This document shows, one piece after another, positions 55,474 to 64,000 of a stretch of DNA of 64,000 nt. Origin of the DNA: Narcine bancroftii (Eukaryota); contig NC_091482.1 in the NCBI RefSeq assembly GCF_036971445.1, positions 60,946,001 through 61,010,000 on the forward strand, given 5' to 3'. How positions within the stretch are numbered: the first letter of the stretch is position 1; every line of letters starts with the position of its first letter. Position numbers and translations under genes: made by a program. The notes below the pieces were generated by a model that saw only the letters and a program-made list of their open reading frames with translations, searched no databases and was not told the origin of the DNA.

Positions 55474-58400
55474 GTAGGGTAGGGTAGGGTAGGGTAGGGT
55501 GGGGGTAGGGCCCTGGCGGAGCCACGGGGGAGGGGAGGGCCCTGGCGGAGCCACGGGGGAGGGCCCTGGCGGAGCCACGGGGGAGGGCCCTGGCGGAGCC
55601 ACGGGGGAGGGGAGGGGAGGGGAGGGCCCTGGCGGAGCCACGGGGGAGGGGAGGGCCCTGGCGGAGCCACGGGGGAGGGCCCTGGCGGAGCCACGGGGGA
55701 GGGCCCTGGCGGAGCCACGGGGGAGGGGAGGGCCCTGGCGGAGCCACGGGGGAGGGGAGGGCCCTGGCGGAGCCACGGGGGAGGGCCCTGGCGGAGCCAC
55801 GGGAGAGGGCCCTGGCGGAGCCACGGGGGAGGGCCCTGGCGGAGCCACGAGGGAGGGGAGGGCCCTGGCGGAGCCACGGGGGAGGGGAGGGCCCTGGCGG
55901 AGCCACGGGGGAGGGGAGGGCCCTGGCGGAGCCACGAGGGAGGGGAGGGCCCTGGCGGAGCCACGGGGGAGGGCCCTGGCGGAGCCACGGGGGAGGGGAG
56001 GGCCCTGGCGGAGCCACGGGGGAGGGGAGGGCCCTGGCGGAGCCACGGGGGAGGGGAGGGCCCTGGCGGAGCCACGGGGGAGGGGAGGGCCCTGGCGGAG
56101 CCACGGGGGAGGGGAGGGCCCTGGCGGAGCCACGGGGGAGGGGAGGGCCCTGGCGGAGCCACGGGGGAGGGGAGGGCCCTGGCGGAGCCACGGGGGAGGG
56201 GAGGGCCCTGGCGGAGCCACGGGGGAGGGGAGGGCCCTGGCGGAGCCACGGGTGTAGGGTCGGGGCTGGGTCCTAGCTGCAGCTCCACGGGGGTAGGGTC
56301 CGGGCTGGGCCCCGGCGGTGGCGCGGTGTTTGGGTCCTGGCGGTGGCGCGGTGTTTGGGTCCTGGCGGTGGCGCGGTGTTTGGGTCCTGGCGGCGGCACA
56401 GGGGCAGGCTCGGGGTGGTGGTAGCGCGAGGGTAAGGTCGTGGTTGGGCCAGGCTGGGTCTTAGCGGCACAGGGGTCGGGGCTGGGCTCCGGCATCGCAT
56501 TGACTCGCTGCTTTATTTACAGTGGTCCTGGGGTTGTGCTGGAGGGGGAGCTACGGCTGGTGACGCGGCATCAGATTGAGGACAGCAGCGGCAGCAGGGT
56601 GAGGGTCTCGGCTCGGTCCATAGGGGATAGGTTGGGGGGGGATTCGTTGCGACGGAGAAGATGAAGGCCACAAGGTTTGGGTATGGCAGTCACAGTCCTG
56701 GGGTTGGAGGGCATAGCTGGGTTTGCAAGTCGTAGGGTTGGTCAGAGTTGGGATGGAGGGAACAGGATTGGGAGTCAGAGCTGGGGACCTTTCTTGCAAC
56801 CTGTACCTTTTCAAATCCTTGTTCTGATACCTGGTTCACATGAGCCAGTCTCCTGCAGCATGGTGCAAGCCCATTGACCTCAAGTTGACAGCAACCAATG
56901 GCCTATGCATGTTCCTTGCCTACATGTCATCAGCTCACCGCCAGTGTGTGCCCTACAACCGCAGAGCCCCTCACTGGTCCACCATCATGCTCATCTCTGC
57001 TTCTCCTCTTCAACGGGGGTCTTTTCCCTGTTACTGGTGCCTTGCAACAGCACATTCAGACTATAGTATAGTGAGTGTACTTAACAAACTTTAACAATAG
57101 CTTTTATTGTCGCCAGGAAGATGAGTTCTTCCCCGTTGATCTTGTTGCAGTCAGTGACGAAGATGGTGAAAGGTTTCACCAAGATGTTGCGACATGGAAA
57201 AGTGATATCAGGGCAACTCTCCTGGAGTCTGCAAAACCTTGAAACTGCTGCCAAGCACAGATGCTGCCATCTTGGGCCCAGACTCTGTGGTACAGAGCTG
57301 TCAGCTGTAAGACTGGCGGTCAGATTATTTGGAGAGAGCACTGTCATCATTTTTTCTATAGTTGGGTGACCACAACTGCGCACAATGCTCCCATCTATAT
57401 CTTGTATTCTTGTCTTCCTGTGCTATCACTATGAGGAAACTATGTAGCTGTAGCCCTGGTTGTCTTGGTTCTACAACACTCCAGGACACTAACATTTGGG
57501 CTGGAATCCACAGGCCTTTAGAGAAAGGGAGTAGAGAGATACCCACTGTGGCCTTCATGCCGAGGGCCAGCTTTGCATGTAGTTGCATAGAATCTTAGTA
57601 AGCAAATATTGCTGCTGTTTTCCTGTCCTGGTGTTATGGAATATGGGTTAGCCTCATTGTCTCAGAACTTTCTGTTCAGTTGGTCCTTGCTGAACCACCT
57701 GACTCTCCTGTTCGACCAATTTTGATAGTGAAAATTATCATTGTGAAGTTCTTCAGGGTGCCCATGTTAAAGCTATTGTATAAACTTTTAATTTCAACGA
57801 AGAAGTTCTTAATGTTGGATAAAACTCTTGGCAGACCAGAAAATGGGTTAGAATATCGTGCAAATGGGATTACTGTAATTCCATGAGTTTTAAGTTTTTT
57901 TATTAATAAATAACAATATATTATATTTCCATATTTAATATTTATTGCATATTTTTCAGTATCGTTACTTCATTCTGTATATTAAACCAACAAAAATTCA
58001 CAAAAGGAAGTATGATTCTCATGGAGTGGAGATTGAACCAAACTTCAGTGATACCAGGAAAGTCAACACTGGATACTTGATGTCTTCCTTCAGTGAGTAC
58101 ACAGAGTTGGGCTACAGATAGCCACATTCTTATTAACTGGGCCCAGGCCGGCAGGGACTTTAGCCATCCGATCAGGCTTTGGTGCTGAACAGAAGTTCCC
58201 ATCTCTCACTTCCATCTTTGCTGCCTTTGTCATCTTAGCCCTGCTACATTTCCATATTTCCAACTGTGAGTCTGCGTTGGCCCACTCATTTATTTTCCCT
58301 CTATCCTTCCCATTCATCCCTTTCAAGATCCTCGGAATCAGAATTTATTGTCGTGAACATGCCACGAAATCCGTTGTATTGCAACAGCATCATAGTGCAA

Positions 58401-61400
58401 ACATTGGTATAAAATTATATTTAAAATTATAAATTAGTGGAAAAATAAGAGAAAGTGTCTGTGGTTCATTGTTCATTTAGAAATCTGATGACAGATGGGA
58501 AGAAGCTGTCCTTGTGCTGCTGGGTGTTCATCCTCAGGCTCCTGTACCTCCTTCCTGAAGAGGGCATGAGGGTCCTTGAGGATAGACTCTGCCTTCTTAA
58601 GACACTGCCTCTTATAGATGTCCTCGATGGAGTGGAGACTGATACCTGTGATGGCGCTGGCCAAGCATACAACTTTTGTAGTTTTTTCCTGTCTTGTGCA
58701 ATGGCACCTCCATACCAGGCAGTGATGCAACCCAACATGCAGTACCCATGTAGAAATTTTCAAACGTCTTTGGTGATGTACCAAATCTCCCCAAATTCAT
58801 GAAGTATAGCTGCTGGCAGCCTTCTTCATGATTGCATCAACAATGGGGTTCCAGGACAGATCCTTAGAGGGGTTGACACCCAGGAATTGAGGTACTTAAC
58901 CTCTCTTTTTTTTTATTTTTAATTTTTTATTTTTCACACCATAAATCACATTAACCATGATACACACTTTTTCCTTTTTGAGGTACTTAACCTCTCAATG
59001 AGGACTAGTAGATATTCTCCTGATTTCCTCCTGAAGTCCACAGTCATCTATTGGTTTTGCTCACGTTGAGTGCAAGGTTGTTGTGGCACCACTTAACAAG
59101 CTGATCTATCTCCTTCCTGTACCTGTACACTGGGTGGAATTTATAATATCCAATTAGTCTCCCAACCTGCATGTAAGAGAAGAATCCAACATGGTTACAG
59201 ATAGAATGTGCAAATTTGCACAGTATCAGAGGTCACTGGAGTTGTGAGCAGCTGCTCTATTAAAGACTGCATTCCTCATCATTTCTCCTGAACTGAGCTT
59301 GGACCCCAGTGTCCTAGTTGTCCAGTACAGCTGCCTTTGAATCATACAACATGATTCTGACCCTTTTAATATGACTCCATCACCGGTTACATCTCCATTA
59401 AAAATGGGAATCACTGGAAGTGCTCACATCAGGCAGCATCTTGTGGAGAGGCTGAATCGAGCTGATTTTAAAATATCCTGGAGGGCAGCACGGTTAACGT
59501 AGCGGTTTGTGCAATGCTATTAAAGCGGCAGCAATCAGGACCGGGGTTTGAATCCCATGCTCTGTGTAAGGAGTTTGTACGTTCTCCTCGTGTCTTTGTG
59601 GGTTTTCTCTGGGGGCTCCAGTTTCCTCCCACCCTTCAAAACATACTGGTGGGGGGGGGGGGGTGTACATCAATTGGGTATAATAGGGTGACATGGGTTT
59701 GTGGGCCTGTTCCTGTGCTGTATGTCTAGTTATATATGTATGTGTTTCTCTTGTGAATTCTGCATTTATACTTGGTTAGAGTATAAACTGTCCTCTCAGC
59801 TAGGTCCCAACTCTATATTTCTCTTGATCCCCACCACTTCAGGGACCTGTCTGCTTTTCTCCACAGCCTTTCCTATCTCTGCCATCATTGCAACTTACAA
59901 TGGGCTTATCTTTTAATTGCTCTGATGTTATTGATCTGAAATATTTTCTCTTTTCACGTGATCCATGACATTGAATTTTTTTTTTTCTGTTTTTGTTTCA
60001 TGTGATGGTGGTTTGGTCCTGTTCTTTTTCAGGAATAAATCATTTAAAAAAGCATCAAAAGATGCTTGCAGATCTTCAGTCACTCCTAATTTCTTCTGGC
60101 AGATGTTCTTTCCCAAGACTGGTGGAGTGCAGATCAGCAGATATTAATGTGGAGAAATTAATCCACAAATTGATAAATACTTGAGGAATTGAATGTTACA
60201 GGGAACCGTCACTTAAAAGGAGTTGAGATCAATGTAGATCAGGGGCAGATTGAAGGGCCAAGTGGCCTCATTCTGCTCTGTCCTTGAGTTCTTGCAAAAA
60301 TCTGCTAATTTTCTGGTTAAGTGGTCAGAGCAGGGTCCCAACCTGGGTAGGTTGATGGGTCCATGCAGGTCACTTACCTGAAGCAAAATGTTGACACTAA
60401 TGAGGCTTCTTCCTGTTTGTACACCATGTGATAGAGGTGGAAGCGAAAGGGGAGTCAGACAAAATTTCAACGGAAGAGTTGAAGAAGCTGATTTACCAAC
60501 CAGAGCTGGTGCAGATCTCAGAGAAGCACACACCAGACCAAAGCCTAGCGTTCTGGATCACTGAGGAAGAGATGAAAAACATTGAGCTGGAGGTTGGCAC
60601 TGTGTTGCGTCTGAAAACGAAGGATAACAGCCCATTTATCCGTAAGTGCATGGTCTTAGAATTGGCTGGGTTTGGATCGGAAATCCAGAATCTCTTGTTT
60701 CACCGGGCTGCTCCAGACATTGCCCCTGCTGAAATATAATCCCAATTCACAGAGGCAGAAAAAGAAGGCCATTTGGTCCTTCAAAAAAAAAACCTCCCAG
60801 CTGAGTCCCACTTTCCAGCATTAGGTTCGTAGCTCCAGTCACATGTCCAAAATGATATAAATGTGGGAGTGTCTCTGCTCTTCCCACTCCTCCAGCAGCA
60901 AGTTCCAGAAACCCACCACCCTCTGGGTGAAACTGCTCTTGTTTCATCCAACTACTTCACACTCTTCTGAGCCCTTGGTCCTCATTTAAGAAAGGATACC
61001 CCAGAATTGGAGAATTCAAGTGAAAGACACATTATTGGAAGATGAAGGAATTGAGGGCTGTGTGGGGCTGAGGCCTGGGCCAGGTCAGCTGTCTTCATAT
61101 CGAATAGTGGGGCAAGCCAGTGCTCTGTTCCCATTTTCTTGTGTTCTGTACCCTGTGCTTATTTTAACCTTAACTGGGGAAATAGGTCTTTAATATTAAA
61201 TATATCCTTGTCCCTTTTAATTTGCCACACCAATTAAATCTCCCCTGAGCATTCAGTGTTGACTTGGGCCTCTACAGCCGATCCTCGTGGTACAATTCCA
61301 GTCCTGGCAACACAACCATGAATCCACTGCATCATGTCCTTCCTGTACCATGTTGATGGGATTTCTTCACAATGCTCATCTCCCTATCCTATCTTGTATC

Positions 61401-63820
61401 CTATGCCTTAGTGAGTAAAGGAGAGCATTGCTTTTATTGTCCACTTCATTGTCCTCCCTCACAAGAAAAGGAGGAGGCCTCTTAAGTGTTTCCCACTTCA
61501 TTATGATCATGGCTGATCCACCCCAGCCTCTGCCCAATCCCCATAACTCAAATCTCTCATCTTGCAAAAGAAAAACATTCTCAGCTTTAAATACTTCTGA
61601 TGATCTTGGCTCCACAACTGTGGGGCAGAAAATTCCAGGGATTCACCATCCTCTGGCAGAAGAAATTTCTCCACACCTTGAAATGTCTAGCCCCTTCTCT
61701 AATGGGGCCATCTGCCCCGTTTTTCCCCCTCAGCGAAGGCCAATATGCCATTTGCCCTCCTTGTACCTTGAGGTATCCAGATAGTAATCAGGTGTTTGAG
61801 GAATCTTCCAAATTCCATTTGCATTAATAATCTTGACATTCAAACCTTTATATTGCTGGAAAGCACAGAGTTTTCATGCATTTTGGTGAGATAACATGTT
61901 AGTTGTGTTATTTCTACGCTTGGGCACGTTCACTGCACCAACCAGATTGTATGGGGCCACTGCACACTCCTGGCCTTGGAGACAGAAATACCACAGTTCA
62001 GAGGAAAATATCAATGGTGCTTATTCGCAGAATCAAATTTACAGAAATAATGGAACAGTACAAATAATTTGAAGTCAAACACGAAAGTCTGCAAACACTG
62101 TGGTTGAAGTAAAAACTGTGGTTGGAGAAAATCAGCAAGTCCAAAAAACAGCACGTTACCTCCTGCCTGTGCGACCATGCCTCCCCTCCAACCTTTTTAT
62201 TTGAATGCTTTTCCATACCTTGACAAGCCCTAAACTTTGGTTATGTATTTTTTTATCTTTGGTACGTACACTGTTTGATCTGCTGAGTTTCTCCAGCATC
62301 GTGATTTTATTTTTTTAGTACAAATAATTTAGCGGTTACTGGGATAAAGCAGAAGCAAAATCTCGATTCCTTGGACTGAGCGTGTGTGAGGGGCTTGCAC
62401 GGTGTGAGATTCAGTGTGTGATGCACATCTTTTGAAGGACTGAAACCAAGTACATGCAGGAAGGTGAGTGACACTGTCTGTAATAATAATGTATGTTCTT
62501 GATTTTCAGTTTCATTGGCCAAAATGGATGTAGAAACTATGACCAAATGCAACTTTGCCGGAGACAAAAAAGCAGGAAGTTCCTGGACAGATAATATCTT
62601 TGCTACAAAGTCTAAAAACGAGCAAGAGGCTAAAGGCAGCGGCCAAGGAGAGGGGGCTGACGAGGATGAGTGGGTAAGGCATGGAGAGGCAATGTTCATT
62701 GAAGAGGTGATGGAGGAACTGATGGTGGAGGAACTGATCATGTTGCATTGTCACTGGAACAACAGGGAGTTTGGAAGAGTGAAGAGCTTCGTAAGGTGCT
62801 GCAGGCAAGAAGAAATTTCTCAGGCAGGAACATGAAATGGGTTATTGTTGAATTAATTTTGCAGGCAAACAAGGGACTTTCATCAGTTACAATTGGTCTA
62901 AATGGTTCTATGAACCTGCTGAGATGAGTAAATCCTGATACAAGGGAACAGAAGCAAGAAGTCATAAACAGATGTTAACAGAATGCTCTTCAAATGGGGG
63001 AAATGGATTTGATTGGTAGCCAAGTGAGTAGAGCTGGAGCTGAATCCTCTGCAGTGGGACATTTTGGAAGGAAGAAGAACATTAGGATGGAGATAAAGAG
63101 AACAAGAACATGTGAGGAATAGATGAGAGGCTCACAACAGTCTATCAAAGGGCACTGCTGGTCAGGGAATAGCAGGTCCTGTAAACGTGGATCAGGCAAT
63201 GACTGGGGTGACTTGGCTTTGATCAGGGAGAGGAGGGGCTATTTTCCGGCCATTCCTCGGCCACAAAATGTTATCAGCAATGAGTGGGTGATGGTGAGAT
63301 TGGGGCTGAACAGAGGGTTCAGGCTCCTGGGACCTTAACCCCTACCACCACCTAGAGACCACAGACAGTAGTTCTTGCTGAACTGAGATAAAAATGGGCT
63401 TGCATAACAAATGTAATTATTGAAAAGTAATACCTTTTTGTGGCATTTAGTCATTTTAATAATCAGTTTTGAAGCAGTTATTGAAATCTTGGATTATTGA
63501 AGTTGCATATTAGTGGGATATCATTCATTTTATGCCATGATGATTTGTTACTGGGGCAGGGAGGTGTGGTGGGGCTCCCACCTTCCCATTCCAAACCGTC
63601 CCTGCTCCTACTGTCCCACTCCCCACCCCACCCACCCCTGCTCCTACAGCCCCACTCCCAGTACCCTTCTCTCATCCACCACTGCTGCCTTTCATCTACA
63701 CTCAACATGATCCTGCTCTTCAGATGAGCTGAGTCCCTCCAGCAGCTCCTGTTTTAGATTTGATTTGTTTTATTGATGTTATTAATTTTTAATGAATGGT
63801 TTTGATTCTAGGATGATTGA
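55388..63820 (+). CDS. ARPIN: Arpin (Arp2/3 complex inhibitor), 6 exons, 224 aa: join(55388..55473,56523..56598,57960..58092,60435..60641,62510..62673,63812..63820)
   Basis: MSRIYSEDRLR...GVVLEGEL..VTRH...EIEPNFSDTRKVNTGYLMSSFKVEAKG...LRLKTK...TKCNFAGDKKAGSSWTDNI...acidic tail EGADEDEWDD*; 675 nt in frame, GT-AG. Confidence 0.95.
55472..56253. repeat. (GGGTA)n followed by a G-rich minisatellite of mixed 24/29-bp units (GGGCCCTGGCGGAGCCACGGGGGA[GGGGA]), roughly 27 copies, in ARPIN intron 1
   Basis: Seen directly. Confidence 0.95.
56523..56598 (+). CDS. ARPIN: ARPIN exon 2
   Basis: TTTACAG|...GPGVVLEGELRLVTRHQIEDSSGSR|GTGAGG, 76 nt. Confidence 0.92.
57960..58092 (+). CDS. ARPIN: ARPIN exon 3
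   Basis: YRYFILYIKPTKIHKRKYDSHGVEIEPNFSDTRKVNTGYLMSSF|GTGAGT, 133 nt. Confidence 0.95.
58330..59120 (-). mobile_element. Rex/Babar-like LINE 3' portion carrying a 72-bp L1 tail insertion (58906-58977)
   Basis: LGCITAWYG...SGRRYRSLRMNTQQHKDSFFPSVIRFLN; nested insert has TSD TTGAGGTACTTAACCTCTC. Confidence 0.8.
59482..59727 (+). mobile_element. tRNA-derived SINE
   Basis: GGGCAGCACGGTTAACGTAGCGG..., B-box-like GGTTTGAATCC, core GGGGCTCCAGTTTCCTCCCAC. Confidence 0.75.
60435..60641 (+). CDS. ARPIN: ARPIN exon 4
   Basis: VEAKGESDKISTEELKKLIYQPEL...AFWITEEEM...LRLKTKDNSPFI|GTAAGT, 207 nt. Confidence 0.95.
62510..62673 (+). CDS. ARPIN: ARPIN exon 5
   Basis: SLAKMDVETMTKCNFAGDKKAGSSWTDNIF...QGEGADEDEW|GTAAGG, 164 nt. 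Confidence 0.95.
63812..63820 (+). CDS. ARPIN: ARPIN last coding exon (DD*)
   Basis: TTCTAG|GAT GAT TGA completes the conserved EWDD terminus. Confidence 0.85.
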   Translation, partial: DD

Positions 63821-64000
63821 AGACCCAGTCGGCAAAACGATGACATTGTTGGCCCAGGAAAAGAACCCAGACAGCCTTTTCGCTCAATCTCATCTTTTGA
63901 TCTGTTTATAAAACAAATTACTTTGGCTGAAGACCTCTTGATTTTGAAACTGTGGAAAGCTACCCAGTGAATCTCTGTTCTTGGTTCCAAGGTTCTATCT

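Overview
Eukaryotic, intron-rich vertebrate DNA. The repeat content (CR1, Rex/Babar-like, L1, RTE, Penelope-like, tRNA-derived SINEs) suggests a cartilaginous fish; that is inference. Four intact multi-exon genes were reconstructed by hand with GT-AG junctions and consistent phases: SLC30A4/ZnT4 (+, CDS 7246-23035, 442 aa), C15orf48/NMES1/COXFA4L3 (-, 28193-30277, 84 aa), AFG2B/SPATA5L1 (-, 35343-55307, 766 aa) and ARPIN (+, 55388-63820, 224 aa). Also present: an RPL9 processed pseudogene, a decayed endogenous retrovirus with nested insertions inside an SLC30A4 intron, three minisatellites and many TE relics. Best observations: (1) the AFG2B D1 ATPase site has a reciprocal Walker-B E->Q plus sensor-1 N->D change; (2) the AFG2B and ARPIN start codons are head-to-head only 80 bp apart around paired inverted ETS sites; (3) the ARPIN exon-1 donor is tandemly repeated as (GGGTA)n ahead of a G-rich minisatellite; (4) no recognisable miR-147b in the C15orf48 3'UTR. 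Comparisons with human proteins are from memory, not from searches. I see no evidence of a wholly new multi-gene system.
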